Shown one piece after another: positions 41,146 to 52,019 of a stretch of DNA of 64,000 nucleotides; the first letter of the stretch is position 1, and each line of letters opens with the position of its first letter. Both the position numbers and the translations under genes were made by a program. The stretch covers positions 96,001 to 160,000 of the forward strand of contig CAWCYD010000003.1 of the NCBI GenBank assembly GCA_963799775.1, in the 5' to 3' direction. The notes below the pieces were generated by a model. That model was not told the DNA's origin and ran no database searches. It worked only from the letters and a program-made list of their open reading frames with translations. This stretch comes from an uncultured archaeon (GTDB lineage: Archaea > Thermoproteota > Nitrososphaeria > Nitrososphaerales > Gagatemarchaeaceae).

Positions 41146-41742
41146 CTATTGCCCGCCGAGCCTTTTCTTGACGAGCCGCCTGAATGTCCGCTTGTCGTAC
41201 CTGTACTCCCTGTCCGTGTCGAGCTCCCGATAGAGCTCCTCCAGAGTGGCGTCTCGAAAGAGCACCTTCGAGGTCCAGAGTCGCAAGTCCCTCGTCTTCC
41301 TGAATGGCACCTCCATGCAATAGAAGGGATAGTCGGAGGCCGTCGGCAATACCCCCACGAAGGGCAGGAAGAGAGTGACGAGCTTGGAGCCCGCTGGGAG
41401 CTCCGCGCCAAAGTGCGCGACGTCTTCCTCCATCTCGTAGGTGCCGCAGTAGACGACCGTGGCGTCGTGGATGTCCGAGTCCATGAAGTCCTCGTTCCTT
41501 ATCTCGATTCGGTCAGAGAGGCCGAGCCTCTCGACGTTGGCGGCCGCCTTCGCCGCCCTCCCCGCGTGCATCTCGATCCCCACCGCCTTCTTGACTCCAA
41601 ACTCCGTGACCGCGACTACGCAGAGCTGCCCGCGTCCGCACCCCAGGTCGTAGAAGACGTCCCTCGCGGTCGTCCGTGCGAGGTTGAGGAGCTTTCTGAT
41701 GTGCCTGTTGCTCTGGTAGTCTTCGGGCCCTAGCCTGTCCAA
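41146..41742 (-). CDS. Class I SAM-dependent methyltransferase
   Basis: FYDLGCGRG, AVGIE. Confidence 0.8.
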   Translation of the reverse strand: MDRLGPEDYQSNRHIRKLLNLARTTARDVFYDLGCGRGQLCVVAVTEFGVKKAVGIEMHAGRAAKAAANVERLGLSDRIEIRNEDFMDSDIHDATVVYCGTYEMEEDVAHFGAELPAGSKLVTLFLPFVGVLPTASDYPFYCMEVPFRKTRDLRLWTSKVLFRDATLEELYRELDTDREYRYDKRTFRRLVKKRLGGQ

Positions 41743-41761
41743 CCTGATGGTCGCCGGCCGT

Positions 41762-42238
41762 TCACTGGCTTCGTTCGTAGATCCCGACGAGCCTGGCCTG
41801 CTCGAGGAAGTGGTCCTTGATGGAGTCCAGAAGCTGGACCCTGTTCATCCCCTGCTTGAGGGAACCTACCTTGAGGTCTAGCGCGTAGATCCAAAAGTAG
41901 TAGTGGTGGGGGCCGTGTCCGCCGGGAGGGTAGGGACCCATGTAGCCTGGCTTGCGCGTGTCGTTCAACCCCGAGACGAACGCGTTAGCATCAAGCCCCT
42001 CTGGCAGTTTCGTCGTCGTAGGAGGGATGCCGTAAACGACCCAGTGGGTGAAGCCGTGAGGCAGCGGAGCGTCCGGATCGTGGCAAATCAGTGCGAATTG
42101 CTGCGTCCCCGCAGGAGGGCCGCTCCATTCCAGGGGAGGAGACTTGTTCTCTCCGTCCCCACCGTAGCGCTTCGGGATCCGACCCAGGGGTTGGAATGCC
42201 GAGCTTGTGATCTTGAAGTTACCCAACTTTAGACTCAT
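41762..42238 (-). CDS. YbhB/YbcL (PEBP) family protein
   Basis: SPPLEWS, DPDAP, THWV, GPYPPGGHGPHHY. Confidence 0.9.
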   Translation of the reverse strand: MSLKLGNFKITSSAFQPLGRIPKRYGGDGENKSPPLEWSGPPAGTQQFALICHDPDAPLPHGFTHWVVYGIPPTTTKLPEGLDANAFVSGLNDTRKPGYMGPYPPGGHGPHHYYFWIYALDLKVGSLKQGMNRVQLLDSIKDHFLEQARLVGIYERSQ

Positions 42239-42382
42239 GGTGTTTCGCCTCCCTAATTACAGAGCGGGACTTATTTCTATCTGGCGGCGCTTCATGATTC
42301 GACCGCAGTCCATGACGCCGCTCGACCGGCGTCACCGTCAAATTATTCGTGCATTCATAAACGACCACTCAATCTTATATAG

Positions 42383-43741
<1,359 letters not shown>

Positions 43742-43772
43742 GTCGGGGTGAAACCGAATCCCTGCATCTAGC

Positions 43773-44936
43773 GTGGGGATCGTCGAGACAGAGCAGTTCA
43801 CCTTCGCCGCTCCTCCTCAGGAGATGCTGCTGGAGAGCGGCGAGCGCCTCGGACCCGTCACTCTCGCCTACGAGACCTACGGACGCCTCGACTCTGACGC
43901 CTCGAACGCGATCCTAGTCGCCCACGCACTTTCCGGGGACGCTCACGCGGCGGGCGTCCACGAAGGGGACAAGACCCCAGGATGGTGGGACGCGATGATC
44001 GGGCCCGGAAGAGCGTTCGACACGGACAAGTATTTCGTCATCTCGTCCAACGTCATAGGCGGTTGCAGAGGTTCGACCGGACCTTCGTCGCCCAACCCAA
44101 AGACGGGCAAGCCATACGGGTTGGACTTTCCGATAATCACGATCAAGGACATGGTCGAGGGCCAGCGCCATCTCCTCGACCACCTCGGGATCGAGCGCCT
44201 CCTCTCGGTGGCGGGCGGCTCCATGGGCGGGATGCAGGCCCTCCAGTGGATGGTCTCCTACCCGGACAGGATCAGGTCGGCCATACCGATTTCGACCGCG
44301 ATGAAGCACACGCCTCAGCAGATCGCGCTCAACGAGGTGGGGAGGCAGGCGATAATGGCCGACCCAAACTGGAGGGATGGCAACTACTACGGCGAGACGC
44401 CCCCCGCAAAGGGCCTTGCCGTCGCGAGGATGGTGGGACACATCACCTACATGAGCGAGTCGTCGATGGGCGAGAAGTTCGGCCGAAGGCTGAAGGAGTC
44501 GAAGAGGTCGGTGAAGTTCAGCCCCGACTTCGAGGTGGAGGGATACCTCGAGAACAGGGGCGAGAACTTCGTCAAGAGGTTCGACGCGAACTCCTACCTC
44601 TACATCACGAAGGCGATGGACTACTTCGACGTCGTGGGGACGTCCAACCCCTCGCAGATCTTCAAGGGCCTGAAGGCGAAGGTGCTGGTCATCGCGTTCA
44701 AGTCCGACTGGCTGTACCCAGCCCACCAGTCCCAGGAGATAGTGAAGGCCTGCAAGTGGGCCGGTGTCGACGCCACCTACTGCGAGGTGCACTCGACCTA
44801 CGGGCATGACGCCTTTCTACTGGAGACGGAGGAGGAGACGAGGCTCATCAAGCACTTTTTGAGCTCGACCGTCAACCACCGTGACGGCGCCCACATGGCG
44901 ACGTCCAATGAGATTAGACTACAGGGTCATCGCTGA
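43773..44936 (+). CDS. metX: Homoserine O-acetyltransferase
   Basis: [30 protein letters not shown]. Confidence 0.93.
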   Translation: MGIVETEQFTFAAPPQEMLLESGERLGPVTLAYETYGRLDSDASNAILVAHALSGDAHAAGVHEGDKTPGWWDAMIGPGRAFDTDKYFVISSNVIGGCRGSTGPSSPNPKTGKPYGLDFPIITIKDMVEGQRHLLDHLGIERLLSVAGGSMGGMQALQWMVSYPDRIRSAIPISTAMKHTPQQIALNEVGRQAIMADPNWRDGNYYGETPPAKGLAVARMVGHITYMSESSMGEKFGRRLKESKRSVKFSPDFEVEGYLENRGENFVKRFDANSYLYITKAMDYFDVVGTSNPSQIFKGLKAKVLVIAFKSDWLYPAHQSQEIVKACKWAGVDATYCEVHSTYGHDAFLLETEEETRLIKHFLSSTVNHRDGAHMATSNEIRLQGHR

Positions 44937-45487
44937 CTGGATTAGGCCCGAGTCCAGCGTGCTGGACCTTGGGTGCGGTGACGGCGAGCTCCTCTCGATC
45001 CTCGTGAAGGAGAAGAAGGTCCGAGCGAACGGGATCGAGATCGACGAGCAGGCGATCTACAAGTGCGTGGAGAAGGGCCTGAGCGTGTTCCACGAGGACA
45101 TCGAGACCGGCCTCTCCGGCTATCCGGACGAGTCCTTCGACTACGTCATCATGAACGAGAGCCTCCAGCAAGTGAAGAAGCCCGACACCGTCTTCAAGGA
45201 AGCCCTTCGCGTCGGGAAGCGGCTCATCGTCGGCTTCCCCAACTTCAGTCACATCTCATCGAGGCTGCAGATCCTCTTCTCGGGGAAGGTGCCCTGTCAC
45301 AGCCTCGCTGCCGTATCAATGGTATGACACCCCGAACCTCCATTTCCTGAGCATCAACGACTTTCGGGACTACTGCAAGCTAAGAGGCCTCAAGATAGAG
45401 GCCAGCGCCTATCTGGGGAGGGACAAGCTGGTGGGGTTTCTTCCCAACCTGCGTGCGGAGCAGGGCCTCTTCCTGCTCTCAAAGTGA
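44908..45487 (+). CDS. metW: Methionine biosynthesis protein MetW, frameshift near 45295
   Basis: [17 protein letters not shown], then [16 protein letters not shown] in the next frame. Confidence 0.85.
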
Positions 45488-45495
45488 TGCGCGGA

Positions 45496-45966
45496 CTACG
45501 CCACGAGCTGTTCGCGGGAAGAGATCGCCGCGTTGTGCGTGATCCAAGGGGACGGAGCCTCTCTCCCCAAAGTCTCGTGCAATAAGTAAACGGTGTCGTA
45601 GTTACTCCTGAAGATCCCCAAAGCCATCTCGTTTTCTAGCTCTTCGCCCAGCCTGCTGAAATCAAGGTCTTCGACTGATTGCGAGAACTGGAACGCCGCT
45701 CCGCCAGCGATCCTGCAGACCTGTCCAGTCGACTGCTTTCCGAATGTGAAATTGAACTCGATCTTAATCGAGTCCTTGGACCTTCGCGACTCGGTCATGT
45801 TGACGTCGAACTGGAACTCCTGGGCGCTGGAACGTGGTAGTGTCTCCGGACCGCTTGAGACCGAGACGCGGTCGATGCGTGTCACAACGTTGACTATACG
45901 GAGAGCACCGTCCTGGCGAACGACCAGATTCTGGTCGTCCGTCTTCTGGACCGTCACTGTGGACAT
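45496..45966 (-). CDS. Hypothetical protein, SecB/arcadin-1-like fold suspected
   Basis: Alternating beta strands (FQFDVNM, IKIEFNFTF, CRIAGGAAF) followed by a helix and PSP. Confidence 0.45.
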   Translation of the reverse strand: MSTVTVQKTDDQNLVVRQDGALRIVNVVTRIDRVSVSSGPETLPRSSAQEFQFDVNMTESRRSKDSIKIEFNFTFGKQSTGQVCRIAGGAAFQFSQSVEDLDFSRLGEELENEMALGIFRSNYDTVYLLHETLGREAPSPWITHNAAISSREQLVA

Positions 45967-45967
45967 C

Positions 45968-46408
45968 TCAGCTTCGGACCTCAGCGCGCGAGCGGGATGC
46001 CCGATTCATCACATCCTGGTAATCATGAAGGACGGAGAGCCCCCTGTCGGTGATGGAGTACTCGACCTTCGATCCTTCACCTGATTGGCGGACGAAGCCT
46101 CCGGCAAGAAGATCTTCAAGATTCTTCTTCAAGACAACCCAGGACGTGTTGCTCCGATACATGATGTGGGTCCTCTTTGTGGGGCCTGAGGAGGTCACCT
46201 TCAACACGTCCATCCTCACCTCAAACGGAGACCTTCTGGAAGGTGCCTGAGCCGCCTCTTCGAAACCTTGGACTTGCGCCACTTTCTTGTCCGCCGACAC
46301 ATGCAGGGACTCTACGTGATATATACCACGAAGAAACTCAGGCCTATTTCCCGAATACATCCCAACAACATGGAATCCGGTTACATGTTTTCCCTGCGCG
46401 ATTGCCAT
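45968..46408 (-). CDS. Winged helix-turn-helix regulator (HTH_45-like)
   Basis: RRSPFEVRMDVL...THIMYRSNTSW...YSITDRG; true start is likely internal. Confidence 0.8.
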   Translation of the reverse strand: MAIAQGKHVTGFHVVGMYSGNRPEFLRGIYHVESLHVSADKKVAQVQGFEEAAQAPSRRSPFEVRMDVLKVTSSGPTKRTHIMYRSNTSWVVLKKNLEDLLAGGFVRQSGEGSKVEYSITDRGLSVLHDYQDVMNRASRSRAEVRS

Positions 46409-46477
46409 TTCCTTGGTTTTAATGTAAAACTTTCACGATAAAGGCGGTGGGTTTACGCTTCTTTCGAGTTACCTTTC

Positions 46478-47719
46478 TCATGTCTCCCTGGTCAGCGCCA
46501 ACCCGGAGGAGTCGTAGCTCAGGTGGTGGCCGTAGAGCCCTTTCAGCAGGCTCTCCACCCGCTTGTCCTGAGCGTTTCGCTTCACAATGAACAAGGTGGT
46601 CGCGCCCGAGCCTGCAAGGATCTCCTTCTGAGACTTTAGAAAGCCATAGGCCTTCTCGAACCCCAACGACAAGATCAGGTCCGAGACGCTGTCGAAGATC
46701 ATGAGCACCTTCCGGTCCGAGTGATCGCGGAGGGTGGTCGCCGTCATGTCCAGAAGAACAGACGAGTCGTCTTGGGGAACCTCTATCTCGCTGCCGTGGC
46801 CAGTCGGTTTTGGATACGTCGCCTGTGAGGTCATGCTTAGGATTTGTACGCCTTCAGAGGAGGAGAGAGCAGTGTAGATGGGTCCGCCCTTCCACGTGAA
46901 AGCGAAGACGAAATTCTTGGCGTCCTTGTAGGCGTCGGCGAACCGCTTGACAATCGCTTCATAGCTTATCGCCGGGTCCACATCTAGCAGGAGGCTCTTG
47001 CCCGCGAATTGAAGAGGGTCGACGTTCTTGTCCTTCTTTGAAGCGGGCCTTGAGTCTCTCGACGAGCCATCCCAGGGAAGGAGTTCCAGGGAGTAGGCCC
47101 TCGCCAACTCCGAGACCTTCGGCGAGAGTTCTCCCGTGTAGTATGCGTGGATGCTCAGCTCCGTGTCGAGCTGGGTGACGAAGAGTTTCATCACCTGCGT
47201 CTCGTCCACCCCCTTGACCAGGACATACCCGTGCTTCGATCCGTCTTCTCGCTGCGCGATGATGCCAAGAGTGTGGACCGCTCCAGATTTGCCGGCAATC
47301 TTCGCGCTGAAGATCTTTGCGCCTTCTGCGCGGAGGGAGGTCTCGAGGTTCCGGTAGCCCTCCGATTCCTGCGTCCCGAACGAAGGAAGATAAGTCAGAG
47401 CCTTGGAGATCCGCTCCTTCGTGATGTTCTCGAGATGGAGGGGCGCGGCCTCTTCTTTTAACTTCACATAGTTGTCAAGCAGTCTTGTGCCACTCCCGGT
47501 GAGAGAATATGCGACCCTCTTCCCATCGACCCTCCTCGACACTAGCTGGTTCCGGATCAAGGCCTCGAGATACATGATGAGGTCGTCCCACGTGACGTTC
47601 GCAAGTTGCATTATGCGGGTGGGCTTCTCGTTCCCCTTTGAGATGACGCTGAGGATGTCGCAGGTGATCTCCAGCTTGGAACGTCTCGCGGAAGACCTCG
47701 GGGTATCTTCTTCGAACAA
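46478..47719 (-). CDS. Multidomain regulator: wHTH + REase-like + inactive KaiC/DUF835-like domain
   Basis: RRSKLEI...TRIMQLANV; GKSGAVH; GKSLLLDVDP...MIFDSVSDLILSLGFEKAYGFL. Confidence 0.7.
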   Translation of the reverse strand: MFEEDTPRSSARRSKLEITCDILSVISKGNEKPTRIMQLANVTWDDLIMYLEALIRNQLVSRRVDGKRVAYSLTGSGTRLLDNYVKLKEEAAPLHLENITKERISKALTYLPSFGTQESEGYRNLETSLRAEGAKIFSAKIAGKSGAVHTLGIIAQREDGSKHGYVLVKGVDETQVMKLFVTQLDTELSIHAYYTGELSPKVSELARAYSLELLPWDGSSRDSRPASKKDKNVDPLQFAGKSLLLDVDPAISYEAIVKRFADAYKDAKNFVFAFTWKGGPIYTALSSSEGVQILSMTSQATYPKPTGHGSEIEVPQDDSSVLLDMTATTLRDHSDRKVLMIFDSVSDLILSLGFEKAYGFLKSQKEILAGSGATTLFIVKRNAQDKRVESLLKGLYGHHLSYDSSGLALTRET

Positions 47720-47845
47720 ATTCTTCGTTTTTCCTCTCCCAGTCCCTTGCCGATTCTCGGCGTGATGATGATATGTAAGTTTTCGCCGTCACATTTGGTG
47801 AATTATCTTAACAGGAAGAGTCCGGTCGTGACGATGGAGCCGGGA

Positions 47846-48124
47846 TCAGCTTGGGCCTGGTGCGGCGGCACCAGCGTCTGCCGTCTGCTTCTCTAGCCTT
47901 GTGTTGGCTCTCCAGGTGGCTGCTATGAATCCCAAGACAATCAGTGTCACGATGAGCGCGAGGACGCCCCTGGTGGTATTGGCGCCGGGAGAAAGGATCG
48001 CTCCGTCAAGGACCAGCACTAGGGCGATAGAGGCGAGCATGTTCCGCCTCCAGGTCTTGGGAGGTCGCCTCTGCTTCTTCGACATCACGCCAAAGTCGCA
48101 TGCCGCGGATATAAGACGTTGCAC
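47846..48124 (-). CDS. Small two-TM protein
   Basis: Two hydrophobic segments. Confidence 0.45.
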   Translation of the reverse strand: MQRLISAACDFGVMSKKQRRPPKTWRRNMLASIALVLVLDGAILSPGANTTRGVLALIVTLIVLGFIAATWRANTRLEKQTADAGAAAPGPS

Positions 48125-48166
48125 ACTGCGTGCAGGATTCTCAGATGTGACCGGGCCTTGGGCAGC

Positions 48167-48565
48167 TTACGGGCCTTGCCAGAGCATCAGGAGGTTTCCT
48201 TCCGTGTCTTTGAAGTAAGCAGTGGCGCCGACCTCCTCGTAGGCGATGGGGCCTTCGATCTTCTTCGTCATCTCTGTCTTTTCGGCCTTGCTGAACTTCA
48301 CGCCCTTCCCTTTCAGGTCAGCCACAACCGCCTTGATGCCGTCGACGATGAAGACGTTGTAGGCCAGTTCCAGCTTCTCCTTCTCAGACGGCGTTACCAA
48401 CCAAAAGTCGCATCCGCTCAACCTCACGGATGCCCAGAAATCCTTCATCTCCCCTTCCATGCGCTGCAAGAGCTTCCCCCCGAGCGTCGTCGTGTAGAAC
48501 TTGACAGCCCGGTCCATGTTCCGAACCGGGATCAGCGTCGCGTGCTTGCTGATCTTTGATGACAA
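48167..48565 (-). CDS. VOC/glyoxalase family protein
   Basis: VRNMDRAVKFY..LG, YFKDTEGNLL. Confidence 0.85.
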   Translation of the reverse strand: MSSKISKHATLIPVRNMDRAVKFYTTTLGGKLLQRMEGEMKDFWASVRLSGCDFWLVTPSEKEKLELAYNVFIVDGIKAVVADLKGKGVKFSKAEKTEMTKKIEGPIAYEEVGATAYFKDTEGNLLMLWQGP

Positions 48566-48635
48566 ACCTGCATGTGGTCCTCCTCCGAGTTATTTAATCT
48601 GCTTAGACGGATGTCGCATTCCGAACAGGCGGCTT

Positions 48636-50095
48636 TTACGACCTGAAGGCGAACGGGTTCACAGGGAAGTAAGCGAAGAAGAAGCCGACTGCCGCGACCA
48701 ACCAGATCAGGATCAGCAGCCGCTCTATCCCGACCCTGCCCCTTGCAAGGAAAGTCACCACCAACGGGATCCCGAGCGCAAGCCCGACGTCTGTGTTGAT
48801 GAAGTAGAAGGCGTACTCGACCCTCTGGCTGACCAGTGAGATGTAGAAGAGCGGCAGATACGTCCCCGCGACGAGGGACGCGACCAGCGCGTCGATCTGC
48901 GATGCCTTGCGTCTGACGAGCCTCCACCCGACGAGGGGGACCACCAACCAGATCGAGTACCAGACGACCAGGTTCCCTATCCCTTGCCAGTCTATAGGAT
49001 GGTAGAGTGTCACTATCGTCGTCGGCCCGCAAGTGGACGGCGAAGGACAAGTCGTCTTGGTGACGGAGATGGTCACGCTGCTAATGAAATACGGGAGAGG
49101 AGCGACGCCAAAGGGAAGGCCCAGTTCCAAGGGTAGCAGTTCCAGGCGTTGGTAGAGCCGCAGCCTTTGAGGGAGTTCTGATAGGTGAAGTAGAACTCGA
49201 AGTTCTGGAGCGGATTTGTGATCAGTCCCGACTGCTCAGTGACCGTCTTCGTGGTCGTCGACGTCGTGTTCGCCACGGGGTTGACGATCACGGTGGGCTC
49301 GATGACCACGGTCGTCTTCGTGTGAGGTTGGTAGGCTAGGTCGTACCCCCAGAGCGGCACGCCCACGACGAGGATTACGATTATCATGAACGCGGCCGTC
49401 TTTTTGAGGCCCAACGGAGAGGCCCGTGTCCTGATCTTGATCTTGCCTGCATTGGCCCAGAGGTGATAGACGAGAAGCGCCAGCAAGAAGAAAACCCCGC
49501 TCTCCTTGCTGAGAACGCAGAGGCCGAACGCGACGGCTGAGAGGTAGTAGCTCTTCTTGAAGTACGCGACGAAGCCGGCCAGCGCGAAGAGCACGGGCGG
49601 GGCGTCCAGAAGGAGGAGGGAGCTGTGGATGAAGAACAGGTTCTCGAAGGCCAGCATCGATGCCGCGAGGAGGGCCTTCTCCTTGGAGAAGAACTGCCTC
49701 GCCAGCTCGTACATGAGCCAGACCGAAAGACTGCCGATGACCGCGTAGAAAATGCGCCACCCGAAGAAGTTGTTTCCGAAGATGGTCATCCCAAGCGCTC
49801 CCCAGATCTTGCCGAAGAACGGGTGCTCCGGGTTGGAGGCAACTCCGTGTAGGAGATCCAGAGAAGCCGGGACATAGTATGACTCGTCGAAGACGTATGC
49901 GGTGGTTCCGCTAGTGTTCGTGGGGAACGAGAGCGCGAAGAGGTGTAACGCGAATATGATCAAGACCAGATGGCCTATGTTTATCCCGGCAACGAACCTC
50001 TCCAGACGGCCTGTCAGCGATGTCCTAGGCTCGTAGACGACCGGGGGGCTGGAGCTCTCCTGAGGTGTCGTCAAGCCGGTCGCCGGTTTGACCAT
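48636..50095 (-). CDS. GT-C glycosyltransferase (protein O-mannosyltransferase/ArnT-like), frameshift near 49120
   Basis: VFDESYYV, NPEHPFFGK, FGWR, LSKESG, PWNW, GNLVVW. Confidence 0.8.
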
Positions 50096-50133
50096 CGATG
50101 ATATAACCTCAAACATCCAAGTCCTGACCGCTC

Positions 50134-50799
50134 GTGAGACATGAGCTACTCGTAATGTCCGCCCCGGCTGACAGGCCATCGACCGGCCTGCTCCATTGGG
50201 TGGTCCTATGCTCATATCTCGCAGCGTTCATCGCCCTCGCGGCAGCCCTGGTCCTGACGCTCCAAGGGAACCTTTGGGTCTACCAACTAGGCGGAGTCTC
50301 CTCGGTCTCGGTCGGGTGCGTCGCGGTCCTCTACGTCCTAGCGCAATACAGGCTCAGGAACACCGGATACACGGTGCTGCAGTCGGTCGTCCTAGCTGTC
50401 CTCTTCGCGAACGCCTTCCTCCAGACCTACGAGTTGATTTACAACCTATTCTTCGGGATAGCATTCACGGGGACCGAGGCGAGGATGGTCCTCCTGTGGC
50501 TCATCATGATCTCTCCGGTCGCGCTTGTCCTAGACGACCTTCGATTCACAAAGACAAGCGCGCTGGTCCTCATCTTGCTGGTGGCTACCTGGATAGTCTG
50601 GATCCTTTACGGCTACCCGCAATACTACTACTCTGGGTACACCTACGCCCGAATACTGCAGACCTCTGACCCGTTCCATCTCAGCCTGTGGCTGAACTTC
50701 GGCTCCAAGGCGCTGCTAGCCGTCCTCTTCGTCACTTTGTTGGAGCCTGTCAAGGCTCTCAAAGCAGGGTTGGCCCGCCTCCGGGCTCCGAGGGGCTAG
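50134..50799 (+). CDS. Six-TM membrane protein
   Basis: Multiple hydrophobic helices. Confidence 0.6.
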   Translation: MRHELLVMSAPADRPSTGLLHWVVLCSYLAAFIALAAALVLTLQGNLWVYQLGGVSSVSVGCVAVLYVLAQYRLRNTGYTVLQSVVLAVLFANAFLQTYELIYNLFFGIAFTGTEARMVLLWLIMISPVALVLDDLRFTKTSALVLILLVATWIVWILYGYPQYYYSGYTYARILQTSDPFHLSLWLNFGSKALLAVLFVTLLEPVKALKAGLARLRAPRG

Positions 50800-51017
50800 G
50801 CCGGTGCTCGCGACATGGTCAAGGGAATTATGCAATTTGTCTACAATTGATGGCATTTCGAGTAATCTGCCTCAGGGGCGAAGGCGAGGCAGACCCAGTG
50901 ATGAGACTAACCGTTGACGCGTCAGACATCAAGAAAAGGATGAACCGGCCTTCGAATGTCAAACCGGAGTTAACGTTCCTAAGACTTAAATCGACTGACC
51001 GGGCTGCTCTTCGAAGT

Positions 51018-52019
51018 TTGAGAAGGGCCGTCTCCCTCGCCTCGATTTTGTCACTTGTCGCGGCTCTCTCAATTTCTGGCGCGACCACCGTCAACGCACA
51101 GACCACCGGCGGCTGGACTGCGACCGGGTGGGTGGCATCCGGGACGATCTTCGACCTGACGGGAAACGCCAACCTTGCCCAGGGGAGCGCCCTGGTGACC
51201 GGGCACTCCTACAACATGACGCTCCAGATCAACGTGCCGAACACTTCCACGAGCACGCCACAATTCCAGGTGAGCTTGAACAACGCCTTCCTGCCCTCTA
51301 CGGCAGGGCAGTCGGTCTACTGGGTCGTCCACACGCCCAACTACGCGGGATACAACCGAACTGGGTTCTCCGGAGGAAGCAAGACGGTCACCTTCAACTA
51401 CAACCAGGGCACGGTCAAGCTGTCCGCCTACTTCCAGATTCCAGGCAACTTCACGATACCCACGGCAAAATACTCCACCCCGGCAGGGAACGGGACGATC
51501 ACCCTCCACATCCCTCTGAATAACGTCATCCTGGCATCCGTGGTCCCACTGGGGTCGACCGGGACCGGCTCGTTCGCGGCGTCCATAAGCGACCAGACGA
51601 TCCAGCTCTTCGCGACCCAATACAACCAGACCTCCACCCTCATCCCGTCCGGGAAGATCTCCTCGAGCTACTCGACGATCGTGAACTCGATCCTTGCCGA
51701 GGCTCAGGCGCTCAACGGGCTTGGGCTGCCTGACCAAGGGACAGCACTGCTGAAGGCGGTTACACAGTCTGCGTTCCCCACGCCTCCGAGCACAGGGCTG
51801 CAGACTGACTTGCTGGTGGGTCTCGCGATACTGGTGATCCTGGTGGTCCTGCTGGCCGTCCTCATGGTGAGGAGCAGGGGCAAGAGCGGATACTCTGTCG
51901 GGATAATCAACGACGTCCAGAAGGACCTCGCGGTCCTGGAGGTCACGGCGGCGAAGTACGACAGGGCCATGGCCGACAAGCTAAAGTCGCTGCGCGACAA
52001 ATTGAGTGAAACAGGTTGA
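51018..52019 (+). CDS. Secreted, C-terminally membrane-anchored protein with short cytoplasmic coiled tail
   Basis: Signal peptide LRRAVSLASILSLVAALS..NAQ, N-x-S/T-rich beta domain, TM LLVGLAILVILVVLLAVLMV; stop overlaps the next start; start inferred. Confidence 0.7.
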   Translation: MRRAVSLASILSLVAALSISGATTVNAQTTGGWTATGWVASGTIFDLTGNANLAQGSALVTGHSYNMTLQINVPNTSTSTPQFQVSLNNAFLPSTAGQSVYWVVHTPNYAGYNRTGFSGGSKTVTFNYNQGTVKLSAYFQIPGNFTIPTAKYSTPAGNGTITLHIPLNNVILASVVPLGSTGTGSFAASISDQTIQLFATQYNQTSTLIPSGKISSSYSTIVNSILAEAQALNGLGLPDQGTALLKAVTQSAFPTPPSTGLQTDLLVGLAILVILVVLLAVLMVRSRGKSGYSVGIINDVQKDLAVLEVTAAKYDRAMADKLKSLRDKLSETG

